In this document: positions 18,928 through 29,417 of the stretch, piece after piece
Position numbering within the stretch: position 1 is the first letter of the stretch
How the letters are laid out: each line of letters opens with the position of its first letter
Assembly: GCA_965204755.1 (NCBI GenBank)
Contig: OZ242011.1
Coordinates: 1,600,001 to 1,664,000, forward strand
Direction of reading: 5' to 3'
DNA length: 64,000 bases
Source of the DNA: Candidatus Marinacidobacterium sp.
GTDB taxonomy: Bacteria > Acidobacteriota > Vicinamibacteria > Marinacidobacterales > Marinacidobacteraceae
Notes under the pieces: model-generated
Told to the model about the DNA's origin: nothing
Databases searched by the model: none
Seen by the model: the letters and a program-made list of their open reading frames with translations, nothing else
Position numbers and translations under genes: made by a program

Positions 18928-19899
18928 ATGAGCGAGTCGGACGGGCGGCGGGCGCTCGCCCGGTTGTTCACGGCCCTGTTGTTCGCGGCGCTCCTCTTCC
19001 CCTCGCCGGCGGCGGCGCAGCCGGCGGAGGACGACGAGGAAACGCCGCCGGTGGACATCCACATCCGGCTCCGCAGCCAGCATGTGGATGAAGTCTCCGA
19101 CCTCGGCGACCCGAAGGCCCGGCGGCTCTCGTTCTGGACGGACACCCGGATCGGCGAGCGCCTCCAGGTCCGCGCCACCTACGACGCCGGCGAAGGCCGC
19201 GTCCACGACCTCTGGGCGCAGTTCGCGGTCGGCGGCGGCCTGGCCGTCCGGGTGGGCCGGAGCGCCCCGCTGTGGCTCGGCGAGTTCACCGACGCCCCGG
19301 TCAGCCTCCAGATGGCGAACGCCGCCGTCGGCGCCGCGCTGACCCCGATCCGCGACGACGGCGTGTTCCTGTTCTGGAACCGCGGCGACCACTTCGCCCG
19401 GTTCCATGTGATCCAGGGGACGGCCTGGGAGCCCGACGACAACGACCGGAACGATGTGCTCGGCAGTTACGGGCGCTTCGTCGGCCCCTGGCGGGTCGAA
19501 GCCGGCCACTACGAAGGCCGGGAGGGCCCCGACCTGTCCCCCCGCCGCCAGACCGGCGTCCACCTCGACGGGACCTTTTCCCGCGGACGCTTCCTGCGGG
19601 GCGCGCTCTACCGCCGGGAGCAGGTCGGGCGGAACCACCTGGGCGGCTTCGCCCGGGTCCGCCGCCGCTCCGAACGCGGTTTCTGGACCGCCGCCGAGTT
19701 CGGCTTCGAGACGAACAACGGCCCGCCGGATGATTCGGGCAGCCAGATGTACGCGATCGTCGGCCTCCGCTACGAACTCCCCTGGACGCTCACCCACCTG
19801 ACCGCCGACTTCCGCCGGCGCTTCGGGGTGGTTACGGACAACGAAGTGATCCTGGTGTTCAGTTGGGTGCTGGACTTCAAGAAGCCGTGGAGGAACTGA
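18928..19899 (+). CDS. Putative outer-membrane beta-barrel/porin
   Basis: Signal peptide ending AAA-Q, amphipathic beta strands, VHDLWAQF...VRVGR pattern seen in OprO/P-like porins. Confidence 0.55.
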   Translation: MSESDGRRALARLFTALLFAALLFPSPAAAQPAEDDEETPPVDIHIRLRSQHVDEVSDLGDPKARRLSFWTDTRIGERLQVRATYDAGEGRVHDLWAQFAVGGGLAVRVGRSAPLWLGEFTDAPVSLQMANAAVGAALTPIRDDGVFLFWNRGDHFARFHVIQGTAWEPDDNDRNDVLGSYGRFVGPWRVEAGHYEGREGPDLSPRRQTGVHLDGTFSRGRFLRGALYRREQVGRNHLGGFARVRRRSERGFWTAAEFGFETNNGPPDDSGSQMYAIVGLRYELPWTLTHLTADFRRRFGVVTDNEVILVFSWVLDFKKPWRN

Positions 19900-19928
19900 C
19901 CGCCCTCCCGCCAGAAAGGAACGAAACC

Positions 19929-20459
19929 ATGGCCAAGGCCCGCCACTACATCCCCGACCGCGCCCGGGCGGTTACGCCCTACCTCGTCGTCCACGACGGA
20001 CGCGCCGCCCTCGCCTGGTACGAGAAGGTGCTCGGCGCCCGGATCGAGTCCGTCATGGACGGCCCGAACGACGCGGTGATGCATGCCGAACTCCGCGTCG
20101 CCGAAGAAGAGGGCGGGGACTTCGGGTCGCAGATCTACCTCGCCCAGGAGTTCCCCGGGATGCCGGGCGCGGAGAGTTTCGTCTCGCCGAAGACCCTCGG
20201 CGGCGCCAGCGCCACCATCCACCTCTATGTGACCGATGTGGACGCGGTGCACCGGCGGGCGCTCGCCGAAGGCGCGACCGAAATCCAGGCCCCGACCGAC
20301 CAGTTCTGGGGCGACCGCCACTCCAGCATCGTCGATCCGTTCGGACACCGCTGGGGCCTCGCCACCCACATCGAGGACCTCACCCCGGAGGAACTCGAGC
20401 AGCGCGCCCGGGACGCCGCCGCGCAGTTCGCCGAAGGCGCCGGCCCCGCCGAGGGCTGA
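19929..20459 (+). CDS. VOC/glyoxalase family protein (PhnB-like)
   Basis: VTPYLVV, VMHAEL and DQFWGDRHSSIVDPFGHRW motifs; AAGGA RBS. Confidence 0.92.
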   Translation: MAKARHYIPDRARAVTPYLVVHDGRAALAWYEKVLGARIESVMDGPNDAVMHAELRVAEEEGGDFGSQIYLAQEFPGMPGAESFVSPKTLGGASATIHLYVTDVDAVHRRALAEGATEIQAPTDQFWGDRHSSIVDPFGHRWGLATHIEDLTPEELEQRARDAAAQFAEGAGPAEG

Positions 20460-20496
20460 CCCCGCCGCCGAGGGCTGACCCCCCGCCGAGGGCTGA

Positions 20497-20517
20497 GCCG
20501 GGGGCTGACCCCCCGGC
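20497..20517. terminator. GC hairpin between convergent genes
   Basis: GCCGGGGG-CTGAC-CCCCCGGC; no clear U-tract. Confidence 0.45.
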
Positions 20518-20520
20518 GCC

Positions 20521-22338
20521 TCAGAGCGTCTTCAGGAACGCGACCAGCGCCGGGAGGTCCTCGCCGGAGACCTCGACGCCGCCTCCGGGGTGCCGCGCCA
20601 GCACCTCCCGGAGCGACCGGGCGGAGCCGTCGTGGAAGAACCGCCGCCCGAAGCGCAGGCCGCGCAGCGACGGCGGGTTGAACCGGGTCGTCCCGAGTTC
20701 GTCGGCGAGCCCCACATCGTGGACGCCGGGCGAGGTGTAGGTCGGCTCGCGGTGGCAGCGGTTGCAGGCGTAGCGGTCGAACGCCGCGCGGCCGGCGGCC
20801 ACGAACCGCGGCGCCGGCGGCGCCCCGTCGCCGTCGCGGAGGGCCGGGACTTCCAGGGTCCGCAGGTAGGCGGCCAAGTCGGCGACTTCCCCTTCGGTCA
20901 GCGCCCGTCCGCGCAGCGTGGTCTTCACCGACTTGACGATCTGGTCTTCGAGCCGCCGCATCCCGCCGTCCCAGGCGTAGGGGCGGGTGTCCGCCACCCC
21001 GAGCAGCGACAGGACGCGCTTCGGAGCGCCGTAGTTCCCGTCGCCGAGGGTGTCCGAGAGGCCATGGTTCGTGTGGCCGTCGGTGTGGCAACTGGCGCAA
21101 CTCATCCAGCCGCGCAGCGAGAGGGTGGCGTCGTGGAACAGCGCCTCGCCGCGCTCCTCCGCGCTCGGCTCGACCGCCGGGCCGAGCGCGACGCGCGCGA
21201 CCTCCCGGCGCCGGCCGGCCGAGATCACCGAGAGCGAGTCCGACCGGGTGTTCGCCACATAGACCCGCCCGTCCGCCCCGAGGGCGACCGCCGAGGGGCC
21301 CTCCCCGACCGGCAGGTGGCTCGTCCGGCGGGCGTCCGCGGCGCCGAAGGCCACCCGGGAGACGCCGCCGAGGGCGACCACCAATTCCCCGTCGGGGGTG
21401 GCGCGGAGAGCGGCCGGGTCGCCGGAGGGCGTCGACACGCTGCCGAGGTCGAGCACCCGGGAGCGCCGCTCCAGCCGGGGATTCCCCGTGAGCAGGTCCG
21501 CGACCGGGAGGGTGGTGACGCTGTTGGTGATGAAGACCCCCCACCGGATGTCGTCGGTGGTGGTGTGCATCCCGGAGTGGAGTTGCTGGTGGGCGACCGC
21601 GACGCGCTCGCCGCCGGGGAGGAGCGCCAGGCCCCGCAGGTTGTGCGCGGCGAGTTCGCGCGTCCGCAGGACGGCGCCGTCTTCCGCGGAGACGAGCGCC
21701 AGCCCGCCGCCGAACGCGTCCGCGGCGAGCAGCGTCCGCCCGTCGAGGAACACGAGTTCCCGCGGCTCGAAGGGGAGTCGCGCCGAGGCGCGGGGCCTTT
21801 CGAGGCCGTCGTCGGACTCGAGGTCGTAGAGGGCCACGGTTCGGGCCCAGAGACACGAGACCCCGAGCGTCCGCCCGCTCGCCGCCGCCCGGGTCGGACT
21901 CCGGCAGGTCGGATAGGCCGCCGCGACGGCGACCGCCCCTTCGTCGTCCGGGACGAGCCGCAGCAGGACCAGCCGGTCTCCCGCCCGGTCCACCGCGACG
22001 ATCCGTCCGTCCGGCAGGGGCGTCAGCCCGGTGATGTTCCCGCCGACCGGGACTTCGGCCAGGACTCCCGGGCGCTCGGCGGAGAGCGCCTGCAGCGTGC
22101 CGTCGCGGTTGCCGACGAGCACCCGCTCCCCGTCTGGCCCGAGGACCGCCGCGACCGCCTGCGGCCGCTTGGGCGACGGGCGGTCGGGCGCCGGGGTCGG
22201 CGCGGCGAACGCCGAACCGGCGGCCGCCGCGAGAACGAGTCCGGCGGCCGCCCCGACCCGCGCCGGAGCGGGCGGCGCGGCGGAGCGGGCGGCGCGGGCG
22301 GAGCGCCCTCCCGGGAACGAACGGAGCACGGTTCGCAT
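20521..22338 (-). CDS. YVTN/YncE-type beta-propeller fused to a di-haem cytochrome c (peroxidase-like) domain
   Basis: GEGPSAVAL...VYVANTRSDSLSVI repeats; two CXXCH motifs (CASCH, CNRCH); FNPPSLRG...FFHDGSARSL. Confidence 0.82.
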   Translation of the reverse strand: MRTVLRSFPGGRSARAARSAAPPAPARVGAAAGLVLAAAAGSAFAAPTPAPDRPSPKRPQAVAAVLGPDGERVLVGNRDGTLQALSAERPGVLAEVPVGGNITGLTPLPDGRIVAVDRAGDRLVLLRLVPDDEGAVAVAAAYPTCRSPTRAAASGRTLGVSCLWARTVALYDLESDDGLERPRASARLPFEPRELVFLDGRTLLAADAFGGGLALVSAEDGAVLRTRELAAHNLRGLALLPGGERVAVAHQQLHSGMHTTTDDIRWGVFITNSVTTLPVADLLTGNPRLERRSRVLDLGSVSTPSGDPAALRATPDGELVVALGGVSRVAFGAADARRTSHLPVGEGPSAVALGADGRVYVANTRSDSLSVISAGRRREVARVALGPAVEPSAEERGEALFHDATLSLRGWMSCASCHTDGHTNHGLSDTLGDGNYGAPKRVLSLLGVADTRPYAWDGGMRRLEDQIVKSVKTTLRGRALTEGEVADLAAYLRTLEVPALRDGDGAPPAPRFVAAGRAAFDRYACNRCHREPTYTSPGVHDVGLADELGTTRFNPPSLRGLRFGRRFFHDGSARSLREVLARHPGGGVEVSGEDLPALVAFLKTL

Positions 22339-22612
22339 TCTACGAAACCGGGCGGAACCCGGTGTTCTGTCTAGAATTCCAGTCCCCGGCTCGGCGGACG
22401 GAGGAACCCTTCCCGCCCCGGAGCGGCTTCGCGCCGGGCGGCCCCGCCCGACCGGCCCAAGCCCGGCGGATCCCCCGGTGTATCTCCCGGTCCGCTTCGG
22501 GGACTTCTTCCGGGGCGCCGTCCGGCCCGCCGGAACGGGAGAGCGGCGCCGCCCGGTTCGCCGCCCCATATTCAACCCGAGGAGCCGTCCGGCTCCTCCC
22601 GAGGTACCTCGA

Positions 22613-23419
22613 ATGAATGACCGCATCATGATCGAGGCGCGCGGCCTCAGCAAGTTCTACGGCCCCTTCGTGGCGGTCGAGGCGATGCGCTTCGCGATTC
22701 CCCGCGGGCAGATCGTGGCCTTTCTCGGCCCGAACGGCGCGGGAAAGACCACGACCATGAAGATGCTCACCGGCTTTCTCGCGCCGAGCGCCGGCTCCGC
22801 GGAGATCGCCGGGCTGGATGTGCGCGAACACCGTCTCGAAGCGGTGCGGCGGCTGGGGTACCTGCCGGAGAACGGCCCCCTCTACCCGGACATGACCCCG
22901 GCCGACCTCCTCCGGTTCTTCGGGGAAGCCCGCGAGATCCCCGAAGCGCGGCTGCCGGGCCGGATCGCCGAAGTCGCCGCGCTCTGCGCCCTGGAGCAGG
23001 TGCTGGAGAAACCCATCGGCAAACTCTCCCGCGGGCTCCGGCAGCGGGTGGGGCTCGCGCAGGCGCTCCTCCACGATCCGGAAGTGCTGGTCATGGACGA
23101 GCCCACCGCCGGGCTCGACCCCAACCAGATCCGGGAGTTCCGGCGGAACATCCGCCGGCTGGGGGCGGAGAAGACCGTCCTGATCTCCACCCACATCCTC
23201 CGGGAGGCGGAGGCGGTAGCCGACCGGGTGCTGCTGGTGAACGGCGGCCGGCTGGTGTTCGACGGCGTTCCGGCGGACCTGGAGCGCGACGGCTCGATGG
23301 AGGAGACCTTCTACCGGCTCACCGGCGGCGGCGATGACGGGGCCGCCTCGAACGCGTCCGGCTCGAACGGCAACCCGCCGCCCGCGACCCCGGCGCCCGC
23401 CGCCGAGGAGACCGCCTGA
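22613..23419 (+). CDS. ABC transporter ATP-binding protein (GldA-like)
   Basis: GPNGAGKTT, LSRGLRQRV and MDEPTAGLDPNQ motifs. Confidence 0.92.
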   Translation: MNDRIMIEARGLSKFYGPFVAVEAMRFAIPRGQIVAFLGPNGAGKTTTMKMLTGFLAPSAGSAEIAGLDVREHRLEAVRRLGYLPENGPLYPDMTPADLLRFFGEAREIPEARLPGRIAEVAALCALEQVLEKPIGKLSRGLRQRVGLAQALLHDPEVLVMDEPTAGLDPNQIREFRRNIRRLGAEKTVLISTHILREAEAVADRVLLVNGGRLVFDGVPADLERDGSMEETFYRLTGGGDDGAASNASGSNGNPPPATPAPAAEETA

Positions 23420-26199
23420 TGCCCGGCTTGGTCGAACTCCCGAAAGTCCGCCGCGGCGTGGTCGCCGCGCTGATGCGCCGCGACCTGCGGATGTACTTCT
23501 CGAACCCGTCGGGGTATGTGTTCCTGACGCTCTTCATCCTGCTGAGCGCCGCGGCGGCGTTCTGGCAGGACCGGTTCTTCCTGAACAACCTGGCGAACCT
23601 CGACCAGTTGAACGGGCTGTTCCCGTACATCCTGTTGTTCTTCGTCCCGGCGCTCACGATGTCCGTCTGGGCGGAGGAGCGGAAACTCGGCACCGACGAA
23701 CTCCTCTTCACGCTTCCCGCGACCGACCTGGAGATCGTCCTCGGCAAGTACGCGGCGGTGCTCGGCGTGTACGGCGCGGCGCTCGCGCTCTCGCTGAGCC
23801 ACGCGCTGGTGCTGGTCTTCCTCGGCAGTCCGGACTGGGGTCTCCTGTTCGCCAACTACCTGGGTTACGCGCTGCTCGGCGCGGCGCTCGCCGCCGCCGG
23901 CATGGCGGCGTCGCTGCTCACTTCGATCCCGACGATCGCGTTCATCCTCGGCGCGGCCGGTTCGGCGCTGGTGGTCCTCCCCGGCGTCTGGGCCGAGCGG
24001 TTCAGTCCCGCGCTCGCCCGGTTCCTCGAGCCGGTCTCCGCCGCCGGGCACTTCGCGGAGTTCGGGCGCGGCGCGATGCCGCTGACCTCCGTCCTCTACT
24101 TCCTGGCGCTGGCCGGTTTCTTCCTCTACCTGAATGTGCTGCTCGTCGGCCGCCGGCATTGGCCGCCCGCCGCCGACGGCTACCGGATGTCCACCCACCA
24201 CGCCGTCCGGGCGGTCGCGGTCGCGCTCGCGCTGCTGAGTTCCGTCGTCCTGGTCTCCCGGCTCGGGCTCCGGCTGGACGCCACCGCCGAGGGGCTCCAT
24301 TCCCTGTCGGCGGAGACGCGGGAGTTGTTGCGCAGCCTCCCGGACGACCGGCCGGTGTTCGTGCAGGCATACCTCAGTCCCGAGGCGCCGGAGCCGCTCG
24401 TCCAGACGCGCGCCACGCTCGAAAGCGTCCTCCGGGAGATGGAGTCGGTGGGCGGCGGCCGGGTGCAGGTGCGCATCCAGGACACCGCGCCGTTCACCGA
24501 GGCGGCGCGGGAAGCGCGCGAGATGTTCGGGATCACCCCGCGCCAAGTCCCGAGCGTTTCCTCGGCCCGCACCGGTCTCAGCGAAGTGTTCCTGGGCGTC
24601 GCCTTCACCTGCGCCGCCGAAGAGCAGGTGATTCCCTTCTTCGACCGCGGACTGCCGGTCGAGTACGAACTGGCGCGCAGCATCCGCGTCGTGGCGAATA
24701 CCGAGAAACGCCGCGTCGGGGTAGTCTCGAAGGAACTGCGGCTGTTCGGCGGGCTGGACTTCCAGACCATGCAGAGCGCGCCGGAGTGGTCGGTGGTGGA
24801 CGAACTGCGCAAGCAGTACGAGGTCGTCCAGGTCCAGCCGAACTCCCGGATCGAAGAAGAACTCGACGGCCTGCTGGTGGTGCTGCCCTCGACGCTGGCC
24901 GACGACGAGATGGACAATGTGATGGACGCCGTCCGCGCCGGCGTCCCGGCGCTGCTGCTGGTGGATCCGCTCCCCATCGTGAACATGGGCCTCGCGCCCT
25001 CGGAGCCGCCGGGCGCCTCGCAGAACCCGTTCATGCAGCAGGGGCAGCCGCCCCCGACCCCGAAAGGCGATGTCGCCTCCTTCCTCGCCGGGCTGGGGTT
25101 CTCCTGGGATCCGGGAAGCGTGGTCTGGGACGCGTACAACCCGCATCCGGATCTCGGCCACCTGCCGCCGGAAGTGGTTTTCCTCGGCGAAGGCAACGGC
25201 AACCCGGAAGTCTTTTCCGGCCTGTCGCCGGCGAGCGCCGGGCTGCAGCAGGTGGTGCTCATCTATCCCGGGCACTTCGATCCGCTGGCCGGGTCGTCGT
25301 CCGCGGAGTTCACGCCGCTGCTGACCACCGGGGACCTCTCCGGGAGGTTCCCGTACTTCCAATTGGTGCAGCGCAACTTCCTCGGGTCGCAGTTGAACCG
25401 GAACCTGCCGCACCGGCCCGACGCCCTCAGTTATGTCGTCGCCGCCGAAGCGCGCACCTATCGTCCGGCCGAGCAGGACACCGGCGACTCGGATTCCGGG
25501 GACGCGGAAGACGCCGGGGAGAACGGAAACGAGGCGGACTCGACCCGGGTCATCGCGATCGCCGACCTCGACTTCATCTCCGAACAGTTCTTCGAGTTGC
25601 GGAGGATCGGCCCGCCGAACCTGAACTTCGACAATGTGTCCTTCTTCCTGAACGCGATGGATGTGCTGGTCGGCGACGAGTCCTTCGTGGCGCTGCGGAA
25701 CCGGCGGGTGCGCCACCGCACGCTGGAGCGGGTGGAAGCGCAGGTGCTCGAGTTCACCGAGCAGCGCGCCGCCGAGGAAGACGCCGCCGAACGCCGCGCC
25801 GAGGAGGCGCTGCGCGCGGCGCAGGACCGGCTCGACAGCCGGGTGGCGGCGGTCGAGGAGCGCGACGACCTCGACTCGCAGGCCAAACAGATCATGGCGC
25901 GCAACCTCCAGGAGGTGGAGAACCGCCGGTTCAGCGTGCTCGAAGCCAACATCAACGCGGAGAAGGACGCCGAGATCCGCGCCAGCGAGGAGCGCATGGA
26001 GCGGCAGGTGCGCCGGATCCAGGGCGGCATCCGCACCCTGGCGGTGCTGCTGCCGCCGATCCCGGTGTTCCTGCTCGGCGTCTATACCTTCGTCCGCCGC
26101 CGCCGGGCGGAACGCGAAGGGGCCGCCGCCGCGCGCCGCCTGAGGCAACCGGCGGGAACCGCGCCGGAGACGGACGGCGAAGGGAGTGACCGGACATGA
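23419..26199 (+). CDS. ABC-2 permease fused to a GldG-like auxiliary domain (GldF-GldG fusion)
   Basis: WAEERKLGTDELLFTLP, RLDATAEGLHSLS and VEYELARSI motifs; C-terminal TM segment. Confidence 0.85.
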   Translation: MPGLVELPKVRRGVVAALMRRDLRMYFSNPSGYVFLTLFILLSAAAAFWQDRFFLNNLANLDQLNGLFPYILLFFVPALTMSVWAEERKLGTDELLFTLPATDLEIVLGKYAAVLGVYGAALALSLSHALVLVFLGSPDWGLLFANYLGYALLGAALAAAGMAASLLTSIPTIAFILGAAGSALVVLPGVWAERFSPALARFLEPVSAAGHFAEFGRGAMPLTSVLYFLALAGFFLYLNVLLVGRRHWPPAADGYRMSTHHAVRAVAVALALLSSVVLVSRLGLRLDATAEGLHSLSAETRELLRSLPDDRPVFVQAYLSPEAPEPLVQTRATLESVLREMESVGGGRVQVRIQDTAPFTEAAREAREMFGITPRQVPSVSSARTGLSEVFLGVAFTCAAEEQVIPFFDRGLPVEYELARSIRVVANTEKRRVGVVSKELRLFGGLDFQTMQSAPEWSVVDELRKQYEVVQVQPNSRIEEELDGLLVVLPSTLADDEMDNVMDAVRAGVPALLLVDPLPIVNMGLAPSEPPGASQNPFMQQGQPPPTPKGDVASFLAGLGFSWDPGSVVWDAYNPHPDLGHLPPEVVFLGEGNGNPEVFSGLSPASAGLQQVVLIYPGHFDPLAGSSSAEFTPLLTTGDLSGRFPYFQLVQRNFLGSQLNRNLPHRPDALSYVVAAEARTYRPAEQDTGDSDSGDAEDAGENGNEADSTRVIAIADLDFISEQFFELRRIGPPNLNFDNVSFFLNAMDVLVGDESFVALRNRRVRHRTLERVEAQVLEFTEQRAAEEDAAERRAEEALRAAQDRLDSRVAAVEERDDLDSQAKQIMARNLQEVENRRFSVLEANINAEKDAEIRASEERMERQVRRIQGGIRTLAVLLPPIPVFLLGVYTFVRRRRAEREGAAAARRLRQPAGTAPETDGEGSDRT

Positions 26200-27644
26200 C
26201 GAACGAAAACCCACCGAGCGGCGCGGACACCGCGGCCGCCCCCTCCGCCGGCGGGGAACGCCGTCCGACCGGCCCGGAACTGCGGCGCACGCAGACCATC
26301 GTCGGCGCGGCGCTGCTGCTCACCGTGCTCGCCGCGGTCAGCGCTCCCCGCAACCCGGAACCGGGAGACTTCGTGGACCTCGGCGAGCGGTTCTTCCCGG
26401 ACTTCGAAGACCCCGCGGAAGCGATGTCGCTCGAAGTGATCGAGTTCGACGAAGCCACCGCGGAAGCGATCCCGTTCCGCGTCCAGAACGAAAACGGCGT
26501 CTGGACGATTCCCAGCCACCACGACTACCCGGCGGACGGCGAGGACCGCCTCGCGCAGACCGCGGCCGGCATCCTGCTGCTGGAGAAGGACGACTTCCGC
26601 TCCGGCAATGTGGCCGACCACGCGGCGCTCGGCGTGGTGGATCCGCTCGACGAAGGCTCCGTTTCGCTGGTCGGACGGGGCCGCCGCATCACGGTGAAGG
26701 GCGCCGGCGACCGCGTACTGGCCGACCTCATCGTGGGGCATCAGGTCGAAGAACGGGAGGGCGCCTACTTCGTCCGGGTCCCGGGCCAGAAGCGCGTGTA
26801 TGTGTCGCAACTGGGCGTGGAGGTCTCCGCGGAGTTCGGCGACTGGATCGAGCGCGACCTGCTGCTCCTGGAGCGCGACCGGGTGGACCGCGCCGTGGTC
26901 GAGAACTACACGATCGACGAGCGCTCGCTGAGCGTCCAGCGGAGCGAGCGGCTGGTCCTGGCGAAAGAGGACAGCGACTGGACGGCGGAAGGCATCGGGT
27001 CCGGCGAAGAAGTGGACAGTTTCGAGATGAACCAGGTCCTCCGCGCCGCGGACGAACTGGAGATCGTGGGCGTGCGCCGCAAACCCGCCGGAATCGCCGC
27101 CTCGCTCACCGGCGACTCCGTCGGCGTGTCCAACAACGACATCCTGTCGCTGCAAAGCCGCGGCTACTACCTGACCCGCGACGGCAGCCTGCTGTCCAAC
27201 GAAGGGGAGATCCAACTGGAGACCGACGAAGGCATCCGCTACACGCTCCGGTTCGGGGAGGTGGTGTACGGCCGCGGCAAGGCGATCACCGCCGGGGGCG
27301 CGGAGGAAGGAGCGGACGCCGCCGAGGCGGACGAAAGCGCCGAACCGGCGGAGAACCGTTACCTGTTCGTCACGGCTTCTTTCGTCCCGTCGCGTTTCCC
27401 CGAGCCGCCGCGTCCGGCGAACCGCGACTACGAGGACAAACCCTCCGACGAACTCACCGACGCAGACCGGGAGAACCGCGACCTGGCGCGGGACTGGGAC
27501 CGCTGGGACCGCGAAGTCACCGAGGGCCGCGAGAAGGAAGACCTCCTGACCCGCCGCTTCGCCGCTTGGTACTATGTGATTTCCCAGGACAGTTTCGAAG
27601 ACATCAAGAAGACCCGCGACGACTTGATCCGCGACGCCTCCTGA
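26196..27644 (+). CDS. DUF4340-domain protein
   Basis: N-terminal TM, WTIPSHHDYPAD and YFVRVPGQKRVY; usual third gene of Gld-like ABC operons. Confidence 0.78.
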   Translation: MTNENPPSGADTAAAPSAGGERRPTGPELRRTQTIVGAALLLTVLAAVSAPRNPEPGDFVDLGERFFPDFEDPAEAMSLEVIEFDEATAEAIPFRVQNENGVWTIPSHHDYPADGEDRLAQTAAGILLLEKDDFRSGNVADHAALGVVDPLDEGSVSLVGRGRRITVKGAGDRVLADLIVGHQVEEREGAYFVRVPGQKRVYVSQLGVEVSAEFGDWIERDLLLLERDRVDRAVVENYTIDERSLSVQRSERLVLAKEDSDWTAEGIGSGEEVDSFEMNQVLRAADELEIVGVRRKPAGIAASLTGDSVGVSNNDILSLQSRGYYLTRDGSLLSNEGEIQLETDEGIRYTLRFGEVVYGRGKAITAGGAEEGADAAEADESAEPAENRYLFVTASFVPSRFPEPPRPANRDYEDKPSDELTDADRENRDLARDWDRWDREVTEGREKEDLLTRRFAAWYYVISQDSFEDIKKTRDDLIRDAS

Positions 27645-27821
27645 CCGGCGGCGCGACCTGACCCTTTCGGCGGCGGCGCCGGGCCGTCGCCCGCCGCGCG
27701 GCAGGGCCGGCGCCCGCTGCGCGGCGGGGCGGGTTATGGTTCGGAGGCGCGGGGAGCGGCCCGGAGCGCCGACTCCCCCGACGAACCCGGCGGACGCCAT
27801 GCCGGGGATCGGAGGGTTTCG

Positions 27822-28067
27822 ATGTCCGAGTCGGGCGCCAAGCATCACATCGGCTGCGGCGGCGGCGGTCTCACCACCGTGCTGCTCGCCGTCTTCCTCA
27901 CGCTGAAACTGACCGACCAGATCGACTGGTCGTGGTGGTGGGTGCTCTCGCCCCTCTGGATCCCGGTCGCCTTCGGGGTCGCCGCGGCGCTGCTGGTCGG
28001 AATCGGCGCGGGCGCGTTCTTCGCCGTCCGCCACTTCCACCGCCGCCGCCCCCGACTCCCGCGGTAG
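27822..28067 (+). CDS. Small membrane protein (LKLTxxIDWSWWWVLSPLW family, often phage-associated)
   Basis: GGAGG RBS; signature VFLTLKLTDQIDWSWWWVLSPLWIP. Confidence 0.7.
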   Translation: MSESGAKHHIGCGGGGLTTVLLAVFLTLKLTDQIDWSWWWVLSPLWIPVAFGVAAALLVGIGAGAFFAVRHFHRRRPRLPR

Positions 28068-28169
28068 GCCGCGCCGGTCCGCCGAGGCCGTCCGACCGAC
28101 TCCGCCTCGACCCGCCTCGTCCCCTTCCCCGGGGCCGCGAACGGATCGCGGAAGTCGGCCGTGGATCGG

Positions 28170-29417
28170 TCACGCCTTCTTCAATTCGACGACGGCCTCG
28201 TACAGACGCTTCCGGGCGCCGGCGGCCCCGGCGCGGACGCCGGAGTTCACGATGCTGTTTCCCGTGCGCGCGCTGCGGGGATGATGGATGTCCACGACTT
28301 CGAGGCCGCCCCGTTCGGCGATCCGGGCGAGGAAACGGTCCGTGGGTACTTCGATTCCCTGCAGGATGCTGTTGCCGATTACGACGAGCGCCGTTCCGCC
28401 CGGTCGAAGACACCACTTGGCGCCGCGCGCGAACCGCGCGCAGTCGTTGAAATACGCCGCCGCGTAGTTGGCCCAGCCCCGGCCCCCGTAGATGCCGCGT
28501 CCGCCGTTCCGGCGCCGAACCTCCGCAACGGTGTCCGAGATCTCGCTGTCCGCGATCGCCGGATCCAGGGGAATCGTCTCGCGCTCGCGGGCGGTTTGCC
28601 AGTAAGTGCCGAAGTTGAGGCGTTCCAGGGGTTTCAGATCGGCGGGCGATCGGCAGAGATCGAGCCAGTAGAGTTGCGGTCGCGTGTTCCGGTTGTAGTG
28701 GTAGTTGTTCAGGTAAGGCGGCGAAGTGACGAGGAGATCGACGCTCCCCTCGGGGGTCTTCCGGTAACCGTCGAGGAAGGAGCGCTGGAGCACGCTCGGT
28801 TTCCGCCGGCGTCTCGTGGAGCGATGGCTGCGGTACCAGGCGATGTCCTCGGTCATCTCCGAGAGTTTGCGGACCAGGGTTTCGGCCACCGGATAGTCGG
28901 TCACTTCGGGCCGGCCGGCCGCGGCGCGGCGTCCGAGACTGGGTTCGTAGGAGTAGTTGGAGTACTCGACCATCGTCGCCGCGAAGGCGAGGCGGAAGAG
29001 GTCGGCGGCCTCGGGGTCGGGCAATCCGTCCACGAAGTCCAGGGCGAAGAGCACCTGCCGCTCGACGGCGGGGCTGTAGAAGGGCGTTTTCGTGCGGAAG
29101 CCGGCGGGACGCTGCCGTACCGGGGCGGTCTTCTTCGACGATGCGGACTGCATGAAGGTCCGAAACCGGCGGATACCCCTCCTCAGGGCGTCGGGATCCC
29201 GGCGATGGGCGTTCACCTTGGCGCGCGAAATGAAGACGGCGTACGGGTTGATTTCATAGCCGATCACGGCGTGGCCGGCGAGGTCGCCCTCCACCAGCGT
29301 CGTTCCGGCGCCGGCGAACGGATCGAGCACCACGGCGGGGCTCGGCGCGTGGCGGGAGAGGGCGTCTTCGACGAAGTCCCTCGAGTAACCGGCGATCCAC
29401 GGAACCCAGCGATGCAC
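28170..29417 (-). CDS. Orphan site-specific DNA methyltransferase (SPPY, probable m4C; motif I before motif IV)
   Basis: VLDPFAGAGTT and LLVTSPPY motifs; start uncertain (see findings). Confidence 0.85.
   Translation of the reverse strand: MHRWVPWIAGYSRDFVEDALSRHAPSPAVVLDPFAGAGTTLVEGDLAGHAVIGYEINPYAVFISRAKVNAHRRDPDALRRGIRRFRTFMQSASSKKTAPVRQRPAGFRTKTPFYSPAVERQVLFALDFVDGLPDPEAADLFRLAFAATMVEYSNYSYEPSLGRRAAAGRPEVTDYPVAETLVRKLSEMTEDIAWYRSHRSTRRRRKPSVLQRSFLDGYRKTPEGSVDLLVTSPPYLNNYHYNRNTRPQLYWLDLCRSPADLKPLERLNFGTYWQTARERETIPLDPAIADSEISDTVAEVRRRNGGRGIYGGRGWANYAAAYFNDCARFARGAKWCLRPGGTALVVIGNSILQGIEVPTDRFLARIAERGGLEVVDIHHPRSARTGNSIVNSGVRAGAAGARKRLYEAVVELKKA

Noticed and set aside
18899-20500. Genomic island integrated at tRNA-Asn or tRNA-Ser
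   Set aside because: No integrase, and no duplicated tRNA 3' end was noticed in the window.
22613-27644. Gliding motility system
   Set aside because: GldA/F/G-like plus DUF4340 ABC operons are widespread outside Bacteroidota, and no T9SS or motor genes are present here.
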